Part shown: piece by piece, positions 18,301 to 30,248 of the stretch
Layout of the letters: every line of letters begins with the position of its first letter
Position numbering within the stretch: the stretch's first letter is position 1
Origin: Azolla caroliniana
Taxonomy: Eukaryota > Plantae > Polypodiophyta
DNA: 30,248 bases
Direction: 5' to 3'
NCBI GenBank assembly: GCA_043228905.1
Contig: JBHGNT010000378.1
Span: 1-30,248 of the forward strand
Made by a program: the position numbers and the translations under genes
Notes under the pieces: model-generated
What the model was told of the DNA's origin: nothing
What the model saw: only the letters and a program-made list of their open reading frames with translations
Database searches by the model: none

Positions 18301-19845
18301 CACCAGTATGAGGAAACGCATAATTGTCGCAGTCCGCTGTTCGATTCGTATTGAGGCCCCTATTGCAGTAGGAGACCATCTTCTCGTTAGCCAAGATTAT
18401 ATAAGATTTCTTGTAGCGATTGCCAATTCTAAACTGGCAAGCAATCATCAAAAAACAAACAAGTTTTTATCTTCTTTCATCCAACAGGTGTCAAGAATTT
18501 TCACTTTGCTTATGATTTTTGTCAAGAAGACATTCTGAATGATATTTTTCTGCTTCATTATGATGTATTTAAATAGGTTGAGGCTACTTTACATAGAGAA
18601 GACATTGAACCCAGAGTCTCTTTCAAACAACAAAAACATCTAAAGCACGAAGAAAAATGTTACCTTTCAGAGAAATGCAATACTAAATCAAGAAGACTTC
18701 AATCCAACGACAGAAAGCTTTCAGAACTTGAGAAGAGACAGCTGCGCCTCATATCTAGGCTCGATGAAGCTGAAAAGAAACTTCATGATTTATTTCGTGT
18801 ACCTGTCTTAGATGTGGAGGAGTTGCCTGATTTGAAAATGGGAACGCGAAGTACTATTTCAGGTCAACAATCTAAACAAGGTCTGGAGGCGTTGTCTTAT
18901 TCAAAAATGGGAGTGGGGAGTATTATTCCCGAACGACAATCTAAACAAATTAGAGAACCAGAGTTCAAGTTACCTCTAAAAGGTAGGTAGGTATTCTCAT
19001 GCTTCATCATTGATGGATAAGGTTTTTAGCTGATGATTTCATTTTTACATGGTTAGAGGCATATTTTAGTTTTCTTATGCCAACAATCACACTGCCTATT
19101 TAGAAGTGCTAATAGGACATTGCATTAGGAACTAGTATTTTCTCTTTCTTCGTTTTGTTTATTTGAACACTGCATAAACAATGCAGCTTATTAGTATGGT
19201 CCTATATGATTTTATTATGTGTACCTGCTGAATATTTTTTTTGTTGCAAAATTTTCTATTTCCACAAGATTAAAAGTGTACAAATAGACTGTTTCTATGA
19301 GTTATGAAGTCATAAATTCATGTGTTTGGGTAATATTTAATTAAAAGTTTTCCCTAATGCAGATCTGAAAGGACAATATTTAAGTGTTTGAGTGTTACGT
19401 CGGACAAGCTAATCGCTGGGGTCACTCTACATGTTCCTTGCATTGCCTTCCAGGATTTCCTTCAAGATCACTGCTGAGTTTTGGTGGGTATGGGGGCTCT
19501 CTCAGGCAAGGACGTCAAAATGACTTAGTTCTTCTAACACTTGATGATAGTGTGGTGCAGTCTATTGATGCCGAAAATCCACCCACCCCAAGGATGGGTC
19601 ATACAGCATCTCTTGTTGGCAGTAAGATGGTTGTGATAGGAGGTAGGGAGGATCCAAGCAAGCCATTAGGTGACGTTTGTGTGCTTGTGCTTGATAAAAT
19701 GCAATGGCAATACCCTCAAATGGAAGGTGTTTTCTTTCCTCCAAGGTATTTCTACCTGTTATCTATTGTTCATAATATGAATCAGAAAAATCTCTGAAAT
19801 GCCTCTTCAAGTTTTGTTGTTTTTCCAAATGCCTGTGTCCAGACC

Positions 19846-19933
<88 letters not shown>

Positions 19934-22900
19934 GGTATGACTTCACCATATAGGTGATCATATAGCACATATAACGGCTCCAGGCAGGATTGGGCTAGGG
20001 CATTTGGGGAAGTAATGGAAATTTAGGGGCATTTGGGAAAAGGAAGAAAAACTCGGGATTTTTTCCCTATAAATTATGGTTGCTACTCAGAGATAAGATT
20101 CCTTCCATATTTTGTTTTTGCAGACATAGGCATGCAGCAGTCACCATTGAAGAAAAGGTTTATGTGTTTGGTGGTCTGACCAATGAGAAAGTCTTAGGAG
20201 ATCTCTATATTCTAGACACTAACATGATGCAATGGACTCTGGGAGAATATAAAGAGAAAGTTCCAGCCCCGCGACACTCTCATTCTATGTCAGTTATAGA
20301 TAAAAAAATATATCTGTTTGGTGGCTTCGATGGTGCATCTATTCTTGGCGATTTATGGGTCTTAGATCCTGGAACCTTGATATGGACATGCCTGAACCTA
20401 AACACAGTACGAAGATTTTCTCACTCTATGACCGCTTCCTCTGATTTCTTGGTGCTTCTTGGTGGTTGTCCATTGACTAAGAATAAGAATATAGTCACTT
20501 TTCTAAATGTGAAAAAGAAAGAATGGAGACATATTGTATGTGATGTCCCACATGAATCTTTGTTTGTACGTCATACGGCCACTTCTATAGGGAATGAGAT
20601 TGTGGTGATTGGTGGTGGGGTGACCTGCTATGCATTCGGTATAAGGTTCAGTACACCTATCCTTATGGACCTTGGTTCATTTTCACCAAATAAGACACAT
20701 GAAAATGGGGTCATTCATCATCCAGAGGCTAAGTTCGCCCTTCAAAATGACATGTGGGTGCTAAAGATCGACAAAGCACATGCAAAGATTATCAAAGATT
20801 ATCTGAAGCGACATGGTTGGCTAGATATGAGAAAGAAGGTTAAGACAGAGGAAGATGGCTTGCGTGTGGTTTTTCCTATTACTGTAGAGGCAGCAAATAA
20901 ACTGCAAGAATCAGACCTATATGATAGGATATTCAAAGACTGTTTTAATGTTGTTGATGGTTCAGTGGATTGTGAGATAACTCAACTTAAAGGGCAAAAT
21001 GAGTCAAAGTCATCGAGGGATCCACGAGAGGTGTTGTATAATGATGTACTTTCCTTATTGCGAAAGTATGATAAACCTCAATCTCTGATTGAGGAGTTGC
21101 CGAAGAGGTAAGCTTTTTGATTTCTTAATTTAGTGCCTTGTTCTTATGTTTCAGTTTCAGTTTTCTAATATTATTAGATAAAGTAGGGTGGTGTATCGAG
21201 ATTTACAATGTCAAAATGTAGATGTACTAAACATAATAAAACTATGCCATATTTAGCAATTTGCACATATTAGTTGAAAAGTTATAACACGCTAGTAAAA
21301 AAATAGTAGTCTAGGCTATTTGATCTGTTAGAGATTATTTCTAATCTAAGCATAAGACAAGGAAGTAAATGATAGATAGAAGGGTGCCAATCCTCCCAAC
21401 CACCCCTGAGCAAAGGGATCGAGATGGAACTTGCACTCGCCCAACTCAAGATTCTGTTCACCACAAGATCATAGTCTTGACGTAGTCGAATAATGTGTCT
21501 AATGAGGGTATCTAGGCCTCATATTCATAGCCAGACCTAAGGCCGCTAGACAAGCTCACACTTGGCCTTTATGGGTTGTCTCAATCCCTAGGACTAAAAG
21601 TAACCCTACCTTCTTTACACTCTAGAACTCTCGATAACCCTCACACTCTTATCTTCATGTGTAGAATACTACAGTACAAACTACCACGGGATAAATTATG
21701 ATCATGCCCGTAACGTGATCCCTTTATAGTAATTCCATAGACTTTGTCAGTTAATTTCTTGGTACTGCTGAAGCTATTGTATACAGTAAGCTAAATCTCA
21801 TATATTTATACATTTCAGATCATCTTGGTTTTTACTTTCTGATAATGTAAATAGTTCAGAAAAACCTTGTAACAGAGGATATGCTTTATGCAGATGGGAA
21901 AGACTTGATGATATGGCAGTGCTTCCTGCTGACGCTTTTAAGAATGAGATCTGGTCATCCTTGGGTGAAGAATTATGGGCAATTGTAGCACGGTCTTTGA
22001 ATGTACAACGTGTTGCCCGTCAGGTGAGATTTACTGTTTGTACATGTTAGGTTACTTTCTTTTGATCCTAACTCCCCCTCCCTGTCCCATGTGTGAAATT
22101 AATTGTCTATACTGAATGACCCCACTAATAGAAATTTAGTGATGTGGCATTGTTTTGAATAAACTCCTTGTTTCAACTGCTTATTGAACTTTTGATTGCA
22201 TTGCTTTCTCTTCAGCAAGATTATATTATTTGTAACTAGTGCTATAGATTATATAGCTTGCAAATAAAGGCCATATTTCTAATGATGAATTGCTGTACCT
22301 CAGTCATGTTTCATTTGCTGCATGATGCAACTATTTCATTAGCAAAATCTGTAGGAAGTGGTTTTAAGCTGTGTTATTTCATTTCTCCTCTGCTCTAAAA
22401 TATGTTAGCTCTTGATTGATTGCGCCATAATATTTATAGAAATATATCACGTTAGTGAGAAATAATATTTTATTTGGTAATAACTTGAAGTATGTTGTGC
22501 ATGACTTCTAGGCTCGTGTGGCGGCCAATGGCACAAGGGACAGCAAATTGACCTTACTTTTAGGAAGTAATGGTTGGGTACAACATCGAGAAAATAGTAT
22601 TTTATACTGTTTTGATGCCACAAAATGCATGTTCTCCTCAGGTAACGTATCAGAAAAGATGAGAATAGCCAAGTTAAACTGCAGCGGTGAGACAGTTATT
22701 GATTTATTTGCTGGCATTGGATATTTTGTCTTGCCTTTCCTTTTGAAGTGAGTACTCCTGATTTCTAGTCATAATCAAAGATAATGATGTCTTAATCTGT
22801 TTTATTTTCTGGTGATGGTTTTGTTAAGTTCTTAAAGTGCCTGTGTAATACTGGGACAGAGCTAATGCAAAGAGAGTATATGCATGTGAATGGAATCCTC

Positions 22901-23845
22901 CTGCCTTGGATGCTCTTCGGTATAATTTGCAAATAAATGCAGTGGAAGATCGTTGTATTGTTTTAGCAGGAGATAATCGATGTACAGCTCCCCATGTAAG
23001 GCTCGCCGAGTTCATTTTGTAATAAAAAAAGATATTCCCCAAAGATGCGTCAAGCTGTATAGTTACGTATGACTTGTAATAAATTATAAAGAAACCATCT
23101 ACTTGTTCATGGTGAAACACAGGCAATAGAAAGCTTTTCAAACCAGGCTTTCAAAACAATAGATTAGTGTATTACACAAATAAAATAAAAGGAAGTTCTT
23201 TTAATTGTGTATAATGGCAAATGTGATTCCAGGGGATAGCTGACAGAGTATGCTTAGGGCTTCTCCCAACAAGTGAGCATTGCTGGGGTGTAGCTGTCAA
23301 AGCTTTACGGTAAGCCACATGTGTATACAACTTTCTAAAACATTATAAATATAACAATAGAGTTTCCTTGTCTTAAGGATGACTGGTGGCATGCTACACA
23401 TTCATGGAAATGCCAAGGACACTGACGAACAACAATGGGTTCAGTATGTATTGCTCTCAGTAAAAAGCCTGGCTGAGAAGGAAGGTTAGTATATCCTTAT
23501 TCCTATGCTTGTATTGTATAGGGTAAACACCAAAAAGTTCACAGAAGTTACCACAATTCTTGTGTAATAGCAACCTTTATCTGTACTAAGAGGAGAATGT
23601 TAGTGCATTTTTGAAGACTCAAGAGATACCTTGGTTAATAGTGAACTAGTTGGGAGTATTTTGTTGTTTCCCAGGATGTGATACCGAAAACTCTTTGTTT
23701 GACATTTTTTCTGTAATTTGATACACTAACAGGATATCAATGGGATGTTCATGCTACTCATATTGAGAGGGTGAAGTCGTATGCGCCTCATATATGGCAC
23801 CTTGTTGTAGATGTGAAGTGCAAGGCAACAATTATAGGAGGTTAA
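15350..23845 (+). CDS. TYW2/3/4: tRNA wybutosine-synthesizing protein 2/3/4 (TYW3 methyltransferase - Kelch repeats - TYW2/Met-10+-like SAM domain fusion), 11 exons
   Basis: Predicted exons: 15350-16058, 18297-18487, 18577-18982, 19385(uncertain)-19745, 20124-21107, 21894-22023, 22512-22747, 22860-22995, 23233-23309, 23378-23484, 23733-23845; all introns GT-AG and phase-compatible. Motifs: DKSRKGDVD, FTTSSCSGRI, FRFEPFIL, GFRESG (TYW3); RWGHS/PRMGHT/RHSHS with GG Kelch repeats; MFSSGN, DLFAGIGYF, YACEWNP, DRVCLGLLP, VKSYAPHIWHLVVDV (TYW2). Confidence 0.93.
16659..16892. repeat. ~115-bp near-identical tandem duplication in TYW intron 1
   Basis: CTTCCCAATTATCTCCCCTTTAGTAGCTGGAGAAGTCC...GAGAAACACCCAC.CTTCTTTCATAT starts at 16659 and 16774, with only a few differences. 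Confidence 0.92.
19850..19928. repeat. (GA)n microsatellite in TYW intron 4
   Basis: Direct reading, ~39 units. Confidence 0.97.
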
Positions 23846-24951
23846 TTCCTATTAAGATCTGGCAGCTCTGTTTTGAATAAGATCTTCTTTGCCATATCAG
23901 GTCTGAGAACACTCAACAAAGGCACGTGGTTCTATCATTTTGATTAATATCAATCTTTTCCTAACATATCCCATCCATGATGCATATAGATTGAGAATTC
24001 TTGAATTTCTTATTGCTACAATATGCTGGCAAAATTGAATGGCATTAGTACATTAGTAATACGTTAGTTCCACATGCCATTTTTGTAAATCTTTGTCTGA
24101 GTTAGTTTTTTTGACACATTTTTAACATACTAGGTGTTGCACACAATCTTTTTCACATGCATTATTTTTCAAATAAACGAACAGTGAATGGTGGGATCAA
24201 TTAATGCCACAATCAAGGGGACTGAAATTTTCTTCAAATTAACAATTATAATTATGGGTTGATATCTTGTATGGACAAAATGTCACATTCTTTGATGGAT
24301 TGTTAATGTATCTTTTTGGTCTCCTTGGTGTTTGTAAGTACACAAGTTTTGTACATAATTATTATTTTTAGGTTTTCATCATTTTGCAAATGTTCACAAG
24401 GATAAAGGATGTTATATCCTTTATCTAGGAATGAAATCCACGCGGTAAAGTAACCAATGAGGATTATGTATAACCTACCTCTAGAAGGCCCAAATAGTTG
24501 GCTAACATCGTCCAAGTGAATGATGTTAGATATATTTGAGTGAAATTGTTCTCTTTTTGTGTTTTTTATCGTATCCTACTGTTGATGCTCGTAAAAATTG
24601 AATTGCGGTCCCAACCAAACACCCTTGAAATTGTGACTCTTTACTTTAGAAGTGAATGCATGCCATATTACATTAGCTTTTGTCGAGGTTTTTGAGACCA
24701 TGGTTTGTTTGAATACCTACTTTGTCTTGTGACATGTGAAAACATAAATCATCTATCTCACCAAGACAAACCAGTTTCTTGTGCAATGTTTCAACTTGGT
24801 TAGTGAAATCCTCATGTACCAAGGGGAATAGTATGGTTTGCCCATTTGAGATTTGCCATGGTGATTTCAATGCAGCTTTGTTCTATGGTTATCGAGTCAA
24901 TGTGAATAGTTGTGAGCTGAGCTTCATTGCATTGAAGAAATATGCTTGCAT

Positions 24952-24952
<1 letters not shown>

Positions 24953-24999
<47 letters not shown>
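24953..24999. repeat. (CA)n microsatellite
   Basis: Direct reading. Confidence 0.97.
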
Positions 25000-25003
<4 letters not shown>

Positions 25004-26487
25004 AATGAGGAAATTGAAATGCATTGGAAAAGGGACGGTGAGTTTGTTATTAACACAACTTAGAATATAGACAAAGGGTTGGAAAGTCCTCAATCAAAGC
25101 TTCGTGAGAGTATATAGCAAGTTTAAATTGGTAGTACGTACTAGTAGCAACAATTGAAACAAAGAGCTTTGCTTTGTCAAGATACTCCTACTCTTATCAT
25201 CTTCTTCATCTTTGTTTCTTCAATTGGGTTCTAGTTTTCTCTTTTATTCATGGAAAAATCATTTGATCCTGGTTTCTTGTGACATCAAGAATAGAGGGCA
25301 TGAACATTACTTCCTCACAATCTATGGGGAATATTGATATGAAAACAATTCCTCCAACAAATAGAAATATTATGTTAGAATGTAATTGTGCTTAGCACCA
25401 ATGACTTATGTACAAAGTGTTGGTATCCCCATATATAAATGCTATAAATAATTGCAAATTATGTGTGTTATGGTATACAAGTCATAAGAGGCCAAGATGG
25501 ATGGGTATAAAAACACAAGGTATGAAGAGATTTTGTTTTCAATTGAAATGAGAGACGTTTTTGGGTCATTGCCTTAAATATGGTGAATGAAGCCACTTTA
25601 TGGTAGAATGTCAATTTTATTGTCCTTCAGCTATGAAGGTTTTGAATGAAGGGAATGGTACGGAAATAGTTGGGAGAGATTTTGGGATGTCAGCTATTGT
25701 GGCTGTTATGGATAAAGATTGGTAAGTATGGGCATAAAGATTGGTAAATGACTCATTTTGGCAAGTATATAAGATTGGTGGTGGAGATTTATGCCCCTAA
25801 CTAGGCTACTCAATGTATTGCATCGTGGGGCTCACTTTGTATAACTCTATCTATGGGCTGCCCATGATTACCTAAGAGCGATTTAAACAAGTGATTTGAT
25901 GCATGGCACATTATGTCACAATGCTCAAATCATAGATAGAGCCCGAGCAAAGTGCATGGGTTTCATTGGCTATTGAGGTTCACATAGTTGGATGATGTGT
26001 GGACATGGTTGGATGGAAATTGATCTACGATTTACCTTGCAATATGTATGACATACATAGACGGTTAGACATGAAGTAGGTTTCCGAAACACAAGATCGG
26101 AGTGTGTTTCCGACACATAAGATCGGAAGGTAATTATAGGGGGGGGTATTGCAGAAATATTGGGAAATTGTATGGGGGTTCATTGCTGAAGAAATATTGG
26201 AAAAGTATGAGAAGAATAGCATGAAATAAATGGAGTGGGATGATTGAATGTAACCATTGAGTTTGCAGAGAAAATGGGCACAAGACTTTGGAGAGATCTT
26301 CTTCTATTCATGATACTAGAATTTCCTGCTTCTTTCTTTCTTTTGAGTAGGCAAATTTCATGGGGGAAGACTGGAGATTCAAAAATTCTCCATCGGCAGT
26401 AGCCTTACTCTGTTTCCCCTGATGTCTCTGTGCTTCCTTTGAAGCATTCTGCGATATTCGAAAGAAGAAAGAGGGAAGAAAGGAGCC

Positions 26488-28155
26488 ATGGCTGAAGACG
26501 GAGAAGAAGATGACTATATGGGCGACCTCTCACGCTTTCTTCAACCCCAAGAGCTTCTCAAATCAACGCAAATCTCTGTAAGTCGTTTTCTCTCTCTCCA
26601 TGTTTCTGTGTATTTCTGTATGCCTTCTTCACATATTTCTACTTTTCCTCTTCCTTTTTTTAAAGTATGTTTCCATGTATTTTTCTATGTCTTTTCTATT
26701 TCTTCTACAGATTCTATATGTCTTTCATTCTGCTCAACTTGAACCTATGGTGTTTTCAGGATGCTTCATACCCATCTCAATCTCAAGGTCTCAGCAAGAA
26801 TCAGAGAAAGAAATTGAGGACTGAACTACTTCAGAAAACAGAGGATGAAAAGCGATCTGAAGGTCTGAGCTCTGCCATTTCTTCTTCTAACATTGGATTC
26901 AAAATGCTACAGCAAATGGGTTATAACCCAGGAAAAGCTCTAGGGAAACATGAGCAGGGAACCTTAGAGCCTCTAAATCTAGATGTGAAAAGGTCACGGT
27001 CGGGTCTTGGAAGAGATGAAATTGAAAAAGCAAAAGCGATTGCAAAAGCAAAAGCAAGGGAAATTGCAGATGAGGCGAAAAAAGGTATCACTAAACAAAA
27101 GAGGGATGAGTTGGAATCAGGTTTTCGGGAGAGGAGGAAGAGTAACTGGCAAGGTTATAAGCTTTTCTGTGATTATCGGAAAGCTCAAACAGCTCTTCAA
27201 CATCTCGAAGGATCTCCTCGACAACACAAAGTTCCCCAAGAAGATGAGTTGGAGAATCTCGAAGGGAAATACTTACAAGATGGTAGTGGTAAAGATGCAG
27301 GAGATGGTCCTGAGGAAAATGAGTCTGATGAGGAAATCGAACTTCAGGTGTGTTTTTTGTTATAATCTTTCTATTTCTTCTTGTTCGATGTTGTTTTATG
27401 TCTAAGATGATACCGACATGAATATTAAATTGTGAACATTGACCCGGAATTTTGGGTTGAATATAAGGCAAGAATGCCACCTTTGGGCATATAGTTTAGG
27501 TCAAGTTCCAAAGGTATGAAGCCCGCAAAAAGGGTGAAATAATATGGGTTCTAAATTGTGGCTAACATTATGGGCTATAAAATAGTGAGGTATTCGTCAC
27601 TCCCTATATACCAGAGTTCGGAAAATATGCATCAAACATGAACACATAACATACAGTACATACAATGATGTACTTTTTTATTCTTAATGGCTGAAATATT
27701 TCATCAAAATCCATGGCCATTATAAATGGGTCACACATTATATATATGAATTAGTCATAACAGTTTGCTGCAATTGATGAAAAATTTAAGCTCTCCTTAG
27801 GAATGATGCCGGCCTCATTGTGGTTATATTTTTTAGTACATCTTGCTAAATAAAATGATAGAGAAGTGATCAACTTATTGAATGCTTGATTGAAATTTAT
27901 TCATTCTTTTACTTTTAGTGAAGTCTACTAATGCTGATGTCTCTTAATGTAGGACCTTCTAGATTTGTTAACAAGGTTGCGATCGGAATATTTCTATTGT
28001 TTGTATTGCGGGTGTAAGGTAAGTGTACAGTTACTTATGTGCAAACCTGATCATTTGGTAAGTCTGTAAAAATGAAGTTTTCTTTTGCCTCTCAGTATGA
28101 GAATGCGGATTCGTTGCAATCTAACTGTCCTGGCATGGATGAAGAGGATCATTAA
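26488..28155 (+). CDS. GPATCH11: G-patch domain-containing protein 11-like (G-patch plus C-terminal DUF4187), 4 exons
   Basis: Exons 26488-26577, 26760-27347, 27953-28018, 28096-28155, all GT-AG and phase 0. N-terminal EDDYMGD; G-patch SNIGFKMLQQMGYNPGKALGK...RSGLG; C-terminal LRSEYFYCLYCGCKYENADSLQSNCPGMDEEDH*. Confidence 0.93.
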
Positions 28156-30248
28156 TTTGGTTTTATTATATAAACACAATTGGATATTGCAAAGCCCAGA
28201 CTAAACAAACTTACCACATGTACAAATATATTGATGGAAGGAGAATGGAGCTTTGTGATGATGGCATTGATCTATGGGGAGAAAAAGGTTGCTCTGAAAT
28301 GTGTCTAGAGTTCGTGGCCCTTCAATAGTGATCTCTTTCAAAAATTTGAAGGCATATATGTTTTGGAGGCCCACATTTAGAGATATGGAACTATGTTTTG
28401 TTGGTTTTGCGTGTTGGTCACAGATTTCCCAAGAAATGAATGAGAAGTGTGAGAGTTTCTTCCTCATGACATCTAGTTCAAGATGGACAAATGGAGTTGT
28501 GCCTAAATATTGTTGGATCCTACATCATCCCAAGAAAATATATTTTCAAACTTTAAAAGAAGACTCCTGAGTACATTTTTTAGAAATCTGGAGATTAAGA
28601 AAGATATCTATGAGTTCTCTATAAAGACTTATTCTTTATGGCATTCAAACCAACAGTCATTTGGCAGCAAATAGGAGGAATCATATGCTTGATGCCCATG
28701 TTAAGTGAAGACTGTTTTTTATAAAGCCGTTGGTCCTCGGCCATGTAGAAACCAAGTTTTAAGCGCCTTTCACAAAGAAAACATGTACTTTTGATAATAT
28801 TGCAAAAAAATTGTCAGTTTGTCTATCAATCTCTCTATTCGTATTTTTTTACATTCTGTAGTTGAATGGCGGAGACTTAAGGTTTAGGGTTTAGGTTTTA
28901 ATATAGCATGCTTATTATTCTTTAAACTGTCATCTTCTGTCTAGCACATTAGTATTTGTTTTCTTTTATGGACTGCTTTTGTGTGACACTTGATTTTATT
29001 CTTATTTAAGGGGTTTGTGTCGTGGATAGTACTACTTTAGTGAATGGGCTTGATTTGTTCCTCAATTGACACCTCAATGTACCACCAAAGAGGATAAATT
29101 TAGGATTATATGAGTGCTTGGTTAGGCATTGTCTAATGATGCCAACAATTGGGCATTACCAAGTTATTTAACATAGGTCCTTACAAAGCAATAGACTCAC
29201 TCAGCTTTTGTTCAATTTTTTACTTGGTGATTCTCTTGTTTTTTTGTTCAAATTGAAATTTTGGAATTAAGCAAAGCTAACCTAATGAATTATTTTAGTA
29301 TACTTTCATTGCGTCGATGTTTAGATCTTGCTTTACAACTATGGATTCTATAATCTTTTCTCAAATCTTTCCAGAAAGATAAGGATGTTGTCTAGATGTA
29401 AATGATTGTCATCTCCACCAAACCATGAGAATGATTGTCAAGTGTCCGAAAAATGTACACAATAATAAATGACAAGGGTATTGGGAAGTATCAAATACTT
29501 GAATAGAAACCATGGATATGTATCAATTAGTCTTGTATATGTTATTTTACTCATCATGAAATTTTCTTAAATCTTGTTTAGATTATTTGACCATAGAGAA
29601 AAACCTTACCCCAATACATTATGGCGTTAATTTTCGCTATTTGCACAAATTTGGTTGGAGCTTAAAAATCCACGAGTTGGAATTTGTATTAAAAATCCAC
29701 GAGTTACTTGGGGTTAGGATACATACTTGGGGCCCCTTCAATTATTGTTTGATATATGCATTGCACAACTTCTATCTGTGTTAATGATAGACATCATTAT
29801 TATTTCATGTCACCTTAAAAGTGTATTGAGTATTTGATATGCAAGATTTTATGTCTCGTATAACCGTATATTTATTGATTATAAGTAGTTTATGTGATGT
29901 TTGATATATTTGGCTTCAATAATTCTCTATAAATAGACGGTAAATTCTGGCATAACCTTTAACAAACTAGAAAGATAAGATTGGAATAGGAACACATTCA
30001 TATGAATCTTCGGTCTAGTTATCATTATACACATTGCATAAATGCCAAAATCATTGGAGACCTTGTACGACAACATGTACCTCAAAACATATATGAATTT
30101 GATATTATACTTTTTGAGATACAAGATAAATAAATCCCTTGTTTCATACAACTAACTTTGACAAGATTGTTATTCCAACAAAATTGTATGAGGTATACAT
30201 CATATTCCCTTTGCTAACTTATCCATTACCACTCTTGTTCCCCATGTT

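Noticed and set aside
19990-20075. Possible Mutator-like terminal inverted repeat (TAGGG(G)CATTTGGG twice, ending TTTTTTCCC)
   Set aside because: No partner inverted repeat or TSD was found in the window.
21282-21716. Possible old solo LTR in TYW intron 5 (TATAACAC...CGTAACG ends, LTR-like composition)
   Set aside because: The termini are not TG...CA and no matching TSD was found; it cannot be supported without a repeat library.
24779-25093. ORFs with HTHTHT/VCVCVC runs (also 7336-7564 and the SLSLSL ORF at 19782-19970)
   Set aside because: Translations of microsatellites.
26080-26127. Short direct repeat GTTTCCGA.ACA.AAGATCGGA twice upstream of GPATCH11 (similarly TTAAAAATCCACGAGTT twice near 29662-29705)
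   Set aside because: Only two short copies each, with no further structure to support a functional call.
28201-30248. Short ORFs downstream of GPATCH11
   Set aside because: No motifs or coherent splice structure; AT-rich 3' UTR and intergenic sequence.

Overview
AT-rich, intron-containing land-plant nuclear DNA; the repeat content suggests a non-seed plant such as a fern (inference). Three host genes are visible: the 5' exons of an F-box gene (minus strand, 2130-3407), an 11-exon tRNA wybutosine-synthesis fusion gene TYW3-Kelch-TYW2 (plus, 15350-23845) and a 4-exon G-patch/DUF4187 gene, GPATCH11-like (plus, 26488-28155). Between the first two is a nested transposon stack: a duplicated piece of the TYW 5' flank, split by a 5'-truncated RTE-X-like LINE, which is split by an intact and very young Ty3/Gypsy chromovirus (8442-14376, minus, identical 549-bp LTRs, CTCTG target-site duplication). 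The chromovirus is the most interesting part. Four cis signals can be read directly from its sequence: (1) no tRNA primer-binding site, but an 11-nt Tf1-type self-priming duplex; (2) a G_UUA_AAC -1 frameshift site followed by an H-type pseudoknot; (3) two heat-shock-element arrays just upstream of the LTR TATA box; (4) an antisense tRNA-like A-box/B-box module in U3 whose first possible Pol III terminator is the complement of the polypurine tract. All alignments were done by eye, and no database searches were run.
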